Below, piece after piece: positions 12,481 through 24,282 of a DNA stretch of 63,189 nucleotides. The DNA is taken from assembly GCF_016433145.1 (NCBI RefSeq), contig NC_058133.1:246778201-246841389 (forward strand), read 5' to 3'. Position numbers and translations under genes: made by a program. A model generated the notes under the pieces. That model saw only the letters and a list, made by a program, of their open reading frames with translations, was not told the origin of the DNA and did not search any database. The stretch's first letter is position 1. The number at the start of each line of letters is the position of its first letter. Source of the stretch: Gracilinanus agilis. Taxonomy: Eukaryota.

Positions 12481-14639
12481 GAATAAGGAAACACGCTCTA
12501 CACTGTGCTCCACCCTACTCAATTCACAGCTGTAGTTTTCCAATCCATTCTAGTTCAAAAAAAAAAAACATTTATTAAGCATCTGCTGTTAGGTCCTAGA
12601 CATAAACAAACAAAAAAAATTTAAGTAGTTCTGGACAACATATAAGATCATAAATTTAGAGCTAGAATGGCCATTGCAAATCATCTCATTGACACATCTT
12701 ATTTTACAGATGAAAAAACCAATACCTGGAGCTTACAGGAATCATGTTATCTAAATTCCAATCCTGGCTGTTGCTATCTCAAACTCAAAGTCCTATGGGC
12801 ATCTCAAATTTGCTATGCACAAAGTAGAATTCATTCTCTCCCAACCTTTGCTTCTATAACAGTATTTATATCAAGCCTCTCATTTTACAGAAAAGGAACA
12901 TGAGGTGTAACATGAATTCTCTGAAATTGGATTTAAGACTTTTCTAATGGTTCTTTCAATTTTACAATTAAGAACTTTTCATGATCAGCCCTAAGGGACC
13001 TCAGTTTCAAGATCTTGCAAAGAATGAACATTCTCAGACTACAATAGTGCTAATTATATCTTTGCTAAGATCAACAAAGGATATAGATAGGTATTGTATT
13101 AATTAAGGAAATGGGATAAAAAAATTGAACTTGATAGCTGTAGAAATCAGACATGGTCTTATCAGATGGGCTCCCACTATCCCTCACAAAGGTTCATCAG
13201 CTATCAAAGAACTCCCCAGGTCAGAACAATAACTCCCTCCCGGAAATTACTTCTATTCTCAAAATATTTTATATATCTTCTGTCTGAGGATTACTCAGAC
13301 AGATGCCAAAACAAAGTCTACATGATTTGAAACTATGAATCTTCTATAATCAAAATTTGTTTTTCTGTATTTTCCCTCAAGCCTTATTTTTCACGTAGTT
13401 AATTTCTTACCAGGCCCTTTGAGTGCTTCCTCATTCTAGATCTACATACAACAATTCAGATTTAGGGTCTAATGTAAGCAAAACTATTCCAATAAACATC
13501 TGTGCTGTATATGTAAACTACTTTTGTTTCATCACAGCATCCTTTTGTTTCATCCATCTTTTAAACAATATCCTTAGAAACAAGAGTTCAATGGCATTAA
13601 CAGCCTATGGTAGGATTTAGAGAAGGAGGATTCAAGAAAAGGTTTGAAGTAGAAAGATTTCTCATCAATTATATTCTAGAAAGCAGCCCTTTAAACCTGT
13701 CCTACTCTCTCCAGAACTTTAAGCTGGCTATCAGGAAATCTTTACCACTTATCTCTAGAAACATTATCATTTGACTGAAACAATCTTGAATATTCTTGTA
13801 ACATTCATTCTTTGGAATTTTAAAGTTCCAAAGGACCTCTAGTCCAGCTAATTCTTGAAAAACAATCCCCCCCTAGAGATCTCATAAGTGGTCACTCTGC
13901 ATTTGTTCAAAGACCTTCCCTTAGAAGGTACACACTACTTCCAGATCATTTCACTTTTTGGATAGCTCTAATTATTTAGGAAGTTTTTCCTTACAATAAG
14001 ACTAAACTGACCTAGAAATCTTCACCCATAGCTATTAACCCTGCTATTTGAGATCAAACAAAACAAACTTTACCTTTCTTTCTCAAGACAGTACTTCAAA
14101 TACCAGTAAAGTAATCAAGTCCCTCCCAAATCCTTTCTCAGCAAAAAACATCTCCAGTTCCTTCTATCAAATTGGGAAGGGAGGGAGGAGGACACAGGAC
14201 ATGAAGACATCCATCATCCTAGTTGCCATCCCTGGGCATTCTTTTCACTGTCCTTTTTAAAATGCAAAATTGCATTTACCAGAATTAGCAATACCAAAGA
14301 TGTGGTCTAACCAGGAGAGAGTATAGTAAAACTACCTCAGTTTTATTTCCCTTGATACTCAAATTTCACAGAATTTGGGAGCTGGGAAGGATCTCAACAA
14401 TGACCCAGTCCAACCCTTTTAGGAAAACACTCTGTAGTATAGATATAGATACATAAATTTATAGATATCTATATAGCTATATCTGACAAGTAGGGGCAGC
14501 TAGGTGATCTCCTAGGTGTATGACCCTAGGCAAGTTGCTCAACTAGTTTCCTCATCTGTAAAATGAGCTAGAGAAATGGCAAACCACATATGAAGATGGG
14601 ATTAACTCTCCCCTGCCCACTTCTAGATTTAATCACCAG

Positions 14640-14641
<2 letters not shown>

Positions 14642-14685
<44 letters not shown>
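14642..14685 (+). repeat. (TG)n microsatellite inside the LTR
   Basis: Direct reading. Confidence 0.97.
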
Positions 14686-14687
<2 letters not shown>

Positions 14688-14869
14688 ATACCCCCACATT
14701 TCCTTAAGTGAGAGGAAATGCTAAATGTGCTAAACTGGGTGACAATTCAAAAACAACTGACTGCTCCCTGGGTAGTCCTAAGAAAATTCTAAAACTGTGA
14801 TTGGTCCACATAAACTGGAAGGAATGAATAGAAAGTGATGCAAAGAAGGGTCTTTAAAAGTAATTGCAA

Positions 14870-15436
14870 GGGTATGCCCTTCAATTGGGGAATGGCTGAA
14901 CAAATTGTGGTATATGCTGGTGATGGAACAGTATTGTGCTCAAAGGAATAATAAACTGGAGGAATTCCATGTGAACTGGAAAGACCTCCAGGAATTGATG
15001 CAGAGTGAAAGGAGCAGATCCAGAACATTGTACACAGAGACCAATACACTGTGGTAAAATCAAATGTAATGGACTTCTGTACTAGCAGTAATGCAATGAC
15101 CCAAGACAATTCTGAGGGATTTATGGAAAAGAACACTACCCACATTCAGAGGAAGAACTACAGGAGTAGAAACACAGAAGAAAAACAACTGCTTGGACAC
15201 TTGGGTTGATGAGAACATGATTGGGGATGTAGACCTGAAAAGACCACACCCATGTAACTATCAATAATGTGTAAATAAGTCTTGACTGACCACACATGAT
15301 AAAACCAGTGGAAATGTGAATTGGCTACAGTGGAGGGGGGCCGGGGGTTGAGGGGGTAAAAGGGAAAGTAAAAACATGACTTATGTAACCATGGAAAATT
15401 TTTCTAAAAATAAAAAATTATTAAAAAAAATAAAAA
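14870..15436 (+). mobile_element. 5'-truncated L1 (ORF2 C-terminus plus 3'UTR)
   Basis: CPSIGEWLNKLWY-type sequence, G-rich 3'UTR tract, A-rich tail; 15-bp TSD TAAAAGTAATTGCAA at 14855-14869 and 15437-15451. Confidence 0.92.
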
Positions 15437-16064
15437 TAAAAGTAATTGCAACTTTCTATGACCAGCTCTTTCGCCTTTGAACTTGACCTTGGAGGGGCTC
15501 TGGCTTGGGACCTTGGACTACTCTTGGATATCTTCCTTTAGGACTACCACATGGGTGAGTGAAAAGGCTGACTCCTTGTCTGTCTCCTGAAGGGACTAGC
15601 TTCTGGAGAGGTCCCTCTGTCTTGAAGGAGGCCTCGTGGCTGGAACCCTTGCTTTATTCACCACTGGAACTTCCAACTTATGGTTCTCTGGTGGAGAGTT
15701 AAGGGGCCCTGCCTGGTTCGAACTGGGTGGGAGTAATTATCTAATGTGATAGGATAGATACCTTCTCTACTCTCTCTCTCTCATCTCTCTACCTTACTCT
15801 TTCCCTCTTCATTTTATAAATAAATTGGTATAAAGTCATTCTGACTTGTGTAATAATTTTGGTGATCACATTTCTCTTATATTTAGTCCAACCTTAATTT
15901 CTAACCCTTACAATGTCAGTCTCTTTGCTAGAAAAACCCAAATGGTTTCTTTTGCCAAAAAAACCCAAATGGTATCATAAAGAATTGGACACAACTGAAC
16001 AACAAAAAATAATAGCTAACATTTATATAGTGTTTACTATGTGCCAGGCACTGTGCTAAACATT

Positions 16065-16490
16065 TTATTTATTTATTTTTTAAACTTTACCTTCTGTGTT
16101 AGAATAAATACTAAGTATAGATTCTAAGGCAGAAGAGCAGTAAGGGATAGGCCAGTAATGGCAAACATTTAGAGACCAAACCAAGTGGCCCCACCACCCC
16201 CTTTACCGCAGAGAGGGGAGGGAAAAAGCACTCTGATTGGTCTGCTAGTTAGAGGGGTGGATGATGTCCTCAGACAAGCATGGACAGGGGGAGGGGAGCA
16301 GCCCAGCCCCACCTCCCTCTGGCTTTCTAATAAGGAACTTTGGTGAACTCTGTGACACTGAGTGCCCCACTCTGGCACATGTGCCATAGGTTCACCACCA
16401 TGGGACTAAGTAATTGGGGTTAAGTGACCTGCCCAAGTCACACAGAAATGTCTGAAGTCAGATTTGAACCTAAGGCCTCCAAATCCCAAC
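16065..16490 (-). mobile_element. tRNA-derived SINE split by a hAT MITE
   Basis: SINE tail 16065-16152 continues at 16404 with GGGGTTAAGTGACCTGCCCAAGTCACACAG. Confidence 0.7.
16153..16403. mobile_element. hAT MITE with CAGT(G)ATGGC(G)AACCT-type ends
   Basis: Left CAGTAATGGCAAACATT, right ATAGGTTCACCACCATGG (degenerate inverted repeat); subterminal GGCACATGTGCC; degenerate 8-bp TSD GGATAGGC/GACTAAGT. Confidence 0.65.
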
Positions 16491-16889
16491 ACCTCCCAAT
16501 GGTGCTCTATCCATTTTATTTTTACAAAACCTTGGGAGGTAAGTACAATTGTAAAATCATTTTACAGTTAAGGAAACCAAGGCAAGCAGAGGTTAAATGG
16601 CTTGCTCAGAGTCATACAGTCAGGTCATTTTGTCTGAGACTGTCTGAGGCTCATTTTGAACTCTAGTCTAACTGTACTGACTCCAGACCTAGCACTCTAT
16701 GTCTAGTGTGTTCATTAATAAGGGCAAATCTCTTGCTCTAAGTTGGGAGAGTGCCATTTTTTCCATTTGGGAGCAGTTCAAGGAGTTCAAAGCCCTTAAT
16801 ATCTTATCCTGACCTTCCTATCTTTCCAAGACTTCTTGTACCTTTATCTACCACTACCACTACCTCTAAGAACTTTTCACTTCAGTAAA

Positions 16890-17240
16890 ACTGACCTTTC
16901 TGTTCCTTGAACAAGACTCTATCTCTCAGCTCTGATCATTTTCACTTGATGTCCCCCATTTCCTATTTTCCCTAGCTTCCTTCAAATTCTAGCTAAAATC
17001 TCACTTTCTACAGGAAAACTTTCCTAATCCCCCTTAATTCCAATGCCTTCCTTCTGTAGATTATTTCCTATTTATCTTCTATTAGAACTGATCATACATA
17101 GTTGTTGACAAATCATCTCTCCAACTAGATTGTGAATTCCTTGAGGGCAAGAACTGATTTTTGCCTTTCTTTATATCCTCAGCCCTTATATTTGGTATAA
17201 AAATAAATATATAATAAATGCTTATTGACTGACTGACAGA
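16890..17240 (+). mobile_element. L2 3' end
   Basis: CTAGATTGTGAATTCCTTGAGGGCAAG..AATAAATGCTTATTGACTGACTGAC. Confidence 0.75.
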
Positions 17241-19703
17241 TGCTCACATGACCTACAAACAACTGTATACAGTGCAAAGTATCAGCAAAATTCTCCCAGT
17301 AGACCCTATCCCAAAGGATACTCTGTCTTCTTCAGGCCCCTAACCACTTAGACAGATCAACGGACACCATCTAGAAATTAGTGCAGATGAAAATTTTCTG
17401 TCAGATCCCCCAAGACTCTTTCACCTGCCACTATACATCCTGTAATGAAACCCACTGAAAAGATCTGCCAAAATCCCCATTCCTTAGGTATCCTCTATTT
17501 CTGGATTAGTGGCTGCCAAATTTCAGTTACGTATGCCTTTCTCATAAATTATTGATTACCTAGAAAAAAATTCTATTCTTCAGGTGCCAGGTCCTTATGT
17601 ATGGGGATCCACTGAGCCTCTAAAAAGGCAGATTGTAAAATAGTACGTCAGATTTTTTTCAGGACCATAAAACAAAGAATAGGAAAATAGTAGGAACTTG
17701 ATGGGGAAAGGAGTTTATAAATCATATGTATATATGATCATAGAATTTCAGATTTGAAAAAAACCTCAGATGTAAACTACTCCAACCTATAACTGGATGA
17801 ATGCTTTCCACAGCCTCCTAACTAAGTCTTTGATATACCTCTCTACTAATGAGGAAGTGCTACAAGGTCCTAACTCAGTCTATTTCAATGTATGGCTGAA
17901 AATTGGATTTTCCCTAAAACAATCCAAAATCTATCTCTATATAATTTCTACCCAATGCCTTCAACTGTTTTCTAGAACCAGACAAAAGAAGAAAGCATTT
18001 CCCATCTTGAAAGAACTTCAAATGCTTGAAGACAGTTATCATGTTAATCACCTCCCCAAGCCCACTCTTTCAGAATAAATATCTCTGTAAATATTTATGC
18101 ATAGTGTTCCCAAACCAATTATTAATCTCCTATTAGAAAGCAAACTTCTTGAGGACTCAGGTCTGTAGAAATTATTATTTTATCCCAAGCACGTTAGCAC
18201 AGTGCTTGACACATAGTAGACGCTTAATAAATGCATTTTTATTCATTAATTCATTCATTCATATCTGCTGTTCTTAATTACATTATGGCATCAGTTGCAA
18301 TGAGATGCCAATTTTTAAAACTTCTTGAAGGCTTCTGCTTAGTAACTAATGACATTAATAGACATGAATTCTATTGGATTCATTGACTAAATTTTACCAG
18401 TCCCAAGCTAGTTTCTATCTAGAAGCTTCCCATAAATACCATTCCCACCATACATCTTATCTTTGAAGACAATGTGTTAGATGTGTTTGACGTGTCTCTT
18501 GGTCTACAGTGGTGAGAACGTACAGGCGTTTTCATGGGAGTCAATTTCTTCATATTTCATTCATTGTTCTTTTACATTAAATTACTGTACCAAATCGGAT
18601 CTGGAAAGGAGGGGGAGAACTTGGAGACTGTTCTGGCCTGTTCTTGCAGGCACCTGTGTATGGGAATATGAGTTAGAGATTTAAAAATTTTAACATTAAC
18701 TCACTATATGCTGGTTTGTTGTGAAATGACTTCTAGGGGAAGTTTCTGTATTGTGGGGGTTTATTTTGGGATATTGAGTGGTCTGTGACTGTGGTTCTTG
18801 CCATGAACCTGTGTTGTTTTTCTATGTCTCCTTGGAGCTGAATAAGGATACTGAATGCAATAGTTTCAATGGAAGTGAATGTCACTGTAAAAAGAATCAC
18901 ATAGGGTAAACAGAGTGTGGAATTTCCATCCTCCTGACAACCTGCTAGGCTGGTTTGTCAGAGCTGGTGACGAGCTGTGCTAAACATCATGGCTTTGATG
19001 GATTCCTGCAGTGAGTGATCAAAACTAAACATACATAGTTACACATCCTGTCCTTAGTCCAAGGTTCAGCTGCTTTGAGCTCTCTGTGTGCCTAGTCTAT
19101 TAGGAAATTGATCAGATATGATTAGAGAATTTTTTATATTGACTTCATCCAATTTTTTCCATTTCCTTAAGACAACTAGTCTCATCACCAACTACATCAT
19201 ACAGAATTTAGCTGATAGCAAATTTTAGCTCAGGTGATTAACTAGTTAGTGATAAGAGAATTTCTGGCTCAACTTAATTACCTCTTTATTTAAAATGAGC
19301 CTGTCAAGTATGGTTAGAGTGCAAATTCCAGCTTTATACCTTTCATCTGACACAGATATTCCCCTTCTGCTATCTGTTCCTTGATATTTAAATCTTTGCC
19401 TCCTATTCTGCCCTCTGTAAAATACCATTGTATCCATCCTGCCTACGTAACTAAAACCTTTATGAGGTTCCTGAACATGGCTGCTCAAGGCTCACTGGTT
19501 TTTGTATATCATGGGTTTATGCTGAGCATATTATAACCTTATTGTTAAAATGTCTCTGCATATTGATAAATATGATCAGCAGCAGTATCTATCAACAAAT
19601 CTTTGGACAGTTTTTATGTCACAGGTTAGTAATAGAGAAAAGAATGGTTAGAAAACTCATCACCCAGGAGCAAGAAAAAAAAAATCCCTCTAGGAAGGAT
19701 TGT

Positions 19704-19772
19704 AGGAAGGAAGGAAGGAAGGAAGGAAGGAAGGAAGGAAGGAAGAAAGGAAGAAAGGAAGGAAGGAAGGAA
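19704..19772 (+). repeat. (GGAA)n polypurine microsatellite
   Basis: Direct reading. Confidence 0.97.
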
Positions 19773-20513
19773 AAAGATATTCTATGGAGAAATATCTTAG
19801 AGTAGCAAGTGAAAAACATGTTGAAAGGGGAGGTGAACTCAACATTCTGATGACAATATTATTATACCTTGATCTTCTCTGCCCCTTTATGTTAGAATAG
19901 AGTATGTGGTATGATAAAGAGGAAGAAAAAGAGATAAAGATAAGGGTGGCATGAAGGGAGAACATCCAAAGACAGAATTTTCCTGACCAAAATATAATGG
20001 ATTTGATTTCCAAACTCAGAATTTCACTGGCTCACAGTATCATATTAAAGCAACCCAACAGTCATTTCCTCCAAAAAATGAATTAAGCTACAGTGAGCAG
20101 TTTGATTGTGATTTTTTTTTCCTGACTAGAGAATCCTAATTACAGAAGCAGGGAATGGAAAAAAAAATTTATTAGGTCTTCCTTTCTTTTTTGTCCTACG
20201 AGTATCTTTTCCATAAGTATGTTGGAAGAGAGATGAAAATTTTGTTTTAGAGGCTTTCATCTGAAATGAAGAATCCTGGATGCTTCTACCCCCATCTAGA
20301 TGAACTGCAGGACTCAAAAGTTGTTCTGTCATTACTCTTTTTTGCCAGGAGATGGTGCCAACTTGTACTTAGCCACACTTAGTATCCCCATTTGGTTGGT
20401 TTGTTCCTACAAGTAAATCACTTCCATTCCACAAACTCAGCATGAAAGTTGATTTGAGGGTATAATTAAGATAAGTAGAAAAGTATCCGAGGGAGAGTAC
20501 ATACATGACTTCA

Positions 20514-20557
20514 ATATCGTCTTCCAAAGTAATATATATTACTTTGGAAGACGATAT
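20514..20557. repeat. Perfect 44-bp palindrome with no spacer, running into (AT)n 20554-20574
   Basis: ATATCGTCTTCCAAAGTAATAT followed directly by its reverse complement ATATTACTTTGGAAGACGATAT. Confidence 0.97.
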
Positions 20558-21207
20558 ATATATATATATATATACTTTTTTTTAATGGTTCTTTGAACAT
20601 TTTAACCCAAGGAAATTTCTTCAAAGATAGGAATCTCAAACATATTTTGTGGTAGCTGGACTTAGTGGTATCCTGAGAGAATTGAGAAGGTAACCATCTT
20701 CATCTATGAGTAACACTGTCATACTGTTTCCAATAGAAATGCCTCACTCAGCCTTTCCCCTTCCTGTTTACTAAGGCTGTTATCATTGAATTCCCTCTTG
20801 ACTTTCTGCTTGTCTCCTTTTGTACATAGTAAGGAAAAATGACTTCCTAGATGCCTCTCTTGCTGACATTACCATCTCTCTAGTCTTCTAGCTACTCAGT
20901 TTCTTCTGTTTTCTTTGTCCATGGAAATTTCATTAATTACATGTGAGATGAATTTAAAAAGCATTTATTAAGTAATATCTGTGCTAAGCACTAGAGCTCA
21001 AAATAGTCCTTGCTTTCAAGGAATTCACATTTTATTAAGAAGAGGTGATATATGCAGGAAAACAGAATGTGCAGAAAAGATGCAAAAGTAGAGGTATGCT
21101 AGAGCCAGTGCTGAGCTTGGAGAGCAACTACTATTAAATTTCTAGTGTGAGCATTTACATATCAGAAATCTGCAATGATACAAATCAAATTTGTTGATTA
21201 TCTAGAC

Positions 21208-21409
21208 CAGTGATGGGCAAACTCCGGCCCGTGAACCAGATGCAGCCCTTCTTCATAATCTTTCAGTCATTAATAGGACTTAGTATCACAAAAAATACAA
21301 GAATTTTGTAAAATGTATCATTGTTATTTTTTAATAAATTATATTGGCCTGCTAAAGTTTTTTTTTTCCTTTCCTTTGGCCCCCTCTTTAAAAAGATTGC
21401 CCATCACTG
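21208..21409. mobile_element. hAT-Charlie-type MITE (202 bp)
   Basis: Perfect 13-bp TIR CAGTGATGGGCAA/TTGCCCATCACTG; TCTAGAC on both sides (NTCTAGAN target); sits in an older, probably hAT-Tip100-like relic at ~21088-21520. Confidence 0.85.
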
Positions 21410-21572
21410 TCTAGACTTAAAAACAAATCAGTAATACAGACTAAATTAAATGTGTATATATACATTATTACCCTCCCCTCAGAGCCTAGATGTTAAGCAT
21501 TTGCCAGTATGCTTCTGTATTGCTTTATAAATACTGTTTGCACTCAGGAGGGTGATAGAAAGCTAAGGAATT

Positions 21573-21770
21573 ACCAGATTGGAAGTCCAGTGACTGCAGA
21601 ATAATAAGAAGAAGAATATTAACTGGCATTTACATAGCACTTTAAAGTTTGCAAAGTACTTTACATCCATCACCAGATTGGAAGTCCAGTGACTGCAGAA
21701 TAATAATAAGAATATTAACTGGCATTTACATAGCACTTTAAAGTTTGCAAAGTACTTTACATCCATCACC
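21573..21770 (+). repeat. Near-perfect tandem duplication (99 bp + 96 bp)
   Basis: ACCAGATTGGAAGTCC..ACATCCATC repeated; copies differ only in the AAT/GAA tract. Confidence 0.95.
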
Positions 21771-21799
21771 TCATTTGAGTCTCACAACACCCCTGAGTA

Positions 21800-22210
21800 T
21801 TGTTGGTGTTGTCATCTTGACTTTCAAGTGAATTGGACTTAAGTGAGGCAGAATTGCACAAAGTCATCATCCTTTCTCTCTCTTCCAGAGGCACCCAAGT
21901 CTAGTAGTAAGACAAAAGCCAGAATGGTTGACAATGGGCCAGGATGCAGTGGTTGATCTTGGCATCTTTGATGTCTGACAAAATTCTAAGTACTCCACAG
22001 TGGCTGCTTCAGACATCTTCATAGTAGTTGGAACAAATTGGTCTCATCAGCCCATTCTGCCAGAGGAAGTCTTTACCTGGGTAGAGGGTGGACATCCCTC
22101 TAAATAACTGATAGGTTTTTCTGTCAGTCACCTTTAACCTGGTCTAGCCCATCTGCTGAGATGGTTTTAGCAGAGTGTGGTCACTGCACATGATATAGCT
22201 TCTTAGAGCC
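21800..22210 (-). mobile_element. RTE-related element 3' end (RTE LINE or RTE-dependent SINE)
   Basis: Antisense of GCAACTCTGCCTCACTTAAATCCAATTCAC- and GCCAAGATCATCCACTGCATCC-like RTE tail; (ACA)n-like terminus. Confidence 0.65.
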
Positions 22211-23093
22211 ACAGGTAAGAAGAGTTGGGAGACAGATAGGCACCAGAGGCCCTGAAAAGTGCCTCCACACCAGAAGTATTAGACTCCCTGAACCCCCACA
22301 TACACCCCTGAATATAGTAGCAAAGCAGATGACAATTTGTTTTCTTTAGTTTTATTTCCATTGATATTATCCATTCCTTAGCCATTTCTGAAAATGAGAC
22401 ATTATCAAGGACTTTAATGGAAAAAACTTTCATTCCCATGTCTTTAATGGCTGCTGCTACTGATAAAACTGAGGTTAGTGAGTGCCCATAAGGGCAGACT
22501 CTTCAAGGATTGCTTTCCTGGTTAATAGCTGGGTGGGTCAGATTAGAAGCAGTGCCAAAGGACTGGGGTAGAGGGATGATACCATTCTCAGTGTGGTTAC
22601 AGAGTCCTAATCTGACTCCTCCATGGTTTGAATAATTTTCTACAAGAAAAACTGAAAGTAAAATAATATCTTCTCAGAGAATAATCTCCCCAGGGAAATG
22701 CTCAACTGGGAGAACACGTCCCTAATAAAAGTAGTGTACTACCATTCTCTTATAATATTGTCTTATCTCATGAGAGCTAGGTAATACAGTGGATAAAATG
22801 CCATGAAGTCAGGAAGACTCATCTGAGTTCAAATCTGGCCTAACATTTTACTAGCTACATGACCCTGGGCAAGCTACTTAACCCTATTTGCCTCAATTTC
22901 CTCATCTATAAAATGAGCAGGAGAAGGAAATGGCAAACCATTCCAATATCTTTGCCAAGAAAACCCCAAATGGAATCATGAAGAACTGGTTATGACTAAA
23001 GCAACACAGAAACAAAGAGTTGTCTATCTTTGTCCCTTACATCACTAAGATGCCTTAACTTCAGTTCCCTTCTATTGGCCAGTTCACTTTAAA

Positions 23094-23835
23094 CATTTAT
23101 TAATATTCATTTTTAACATGGTTACATGATTCATGCTCCCACTTTCCTCTTCACCCCCTGCTCCCCCACCCCACCCATGGCCGATGCACATTTCCACTGG
23201 TTTTAACGTGTCATTGATCAAGACCTATTTCCAAATTGTTGTTAGTTGCATTGGTGTGGTAGTTTCGAGTCTACATCCCCAATCATGTCCACCCCGACCC
23301 ATGCGTTCAAGCAATTGTTTTTCTTATATGTTTCCTCTCCTGCAGTCCTTCCTCTGGATGTGGGTAGCATTCTTTACCATAAATCCCTCAGAGCTGTCCT
23401 GTGTTATTGCATTGTTGCTGGTACAGGAGTCCATTGCATTCGATTTTACCATAGTATATGAGTCTCTGTGTACAGTGTTCTTCTGGCTCTGCTCCTTTCG
23501 CTCTGCATCAATTCCTGGAGGTCTTTCCAGTTCACATGGAATTCCTCCAGTTTATTATTCCTTTGAGCACAATAATATTCCATCACCAGCATATACCACA
23601 ATTTGTTCAGCCATTCCCCAATTGAAGGACATACCCTCATTTTCCAGTTCTTTGCCACCATGAAAAGTGCAGCTATAAATATTTTCGTACAAGTCTGATT
23701 ATTTATGATCTCTTTGGGGTACAAACCCAACAATGGTATGGCTGGATCAAAGGGCAGGCATTTTTTATAGCCCTTTGAGCATAGTTCCAAATTGCCAGCC
23801 AGAATGGTTGGATCAGTTCACAACTCCACCAGCAA
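23094..23835 (-). mobile_element. 5'-truncated young L1 with almost no poly(A)
   Basis: ORF track 23446-23790 is L1 ORF2 C-terminus; TGGCCAGTTCACTTTAAA duplicated at 23076-23093 and 23836-23853. Confidence 0.92.
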
Positions 23836-24220
23836 TGGCCAGTTCACTTTAAAATAAATTGGAACCACTTAAGCACATATTGGCCATGGTGGAAGTGTAG
23901 GTCATGTAGATCCAAAGTCTTTGAGGGGATTGCATTAGCCAAGCATTCCTCAAATGTTCAGAAGGACTGAAGCACTGAAATCTTTGTCTATTCTCTGTTA
24001 CAAATTTCTTTGGTGTAGAGGAAACATTTAGTAGTTGTCCTGCACTTGATTTGCATCATATATTAAATACTTTTCCACTCTTCTTCTCCTGTTTGGAGAG
24101 GCCCTAGTCATGAACCAAACCTAAATAATAAACTGATTTTTCTCCACACTGATAGATAATCTAGAGTAGTGGTTTACAGAATTAGAGAAATTGGAAGAGA
24201 GGAAGAAAAAAAAAGTCTGA

Positions 24221-24223
<3 letters not shown>

Positions 24224-24279
<56 letters not shown>
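24224..24279 (+). repeat. (TC)n microsatellite at a SINE tail
   Basis: Direct reading. Confidence 0.97.

Positions 24280-24282
<3 letters not shown>

Larger units (their letters stand above)
14591..15912 (+). mobile_element. Solo LTR (about 740 bp net), itself split by an L1
   Basis: TG start and ..CCCTTACA end; ATTGG 14800, TTTAAAA 14853-14859, AATAAA 15819-15824; TSD not clean. Confidence 0.6.
14493..16010 (+). mobile_element. MIR/CORE-SINE split by an LTR (parts ~14493-14590 and ~15913-16010)
   Basis: TTTCCTCATCTGTAAAATG..AAATGGCAAACCAC resumes after the LTR as TCTTTGCTAGAAAAACCCAAATGG..TTGGACACAACTGAACAAC. Confidence 0.7.
18715..24120 (-). pseudogene. Decayed multi-Ig butyrophilin-family gene(s): relic exons V, C, V, V, C on the minus strand
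   Basis: IgC relic ~22385-22645 (GGVRL, WY.P..V.W, GKQSLKSL, VAAAIKD..KVFSI); IgC relic ~18715-18975 (GSD, then EDG 29 nt later, VTDHS, IQKLPL); IgV relics 24120-23055 (L1-split; HGQY, ELK), ~20170-20420 (SPAVHL, IQD..SDE, LFQ..Y.K), ~19230-19517 (PxEP..AM, GKDL..EQIAE). Confidence 0.55.

Noticed and set aside
18730-18910. Hydrophobic stretch plus IE..HR.F reminiscent of the MOG transmembrane exon
   Set aside because: Overlaps the better-supported IgC relic; similarity too short
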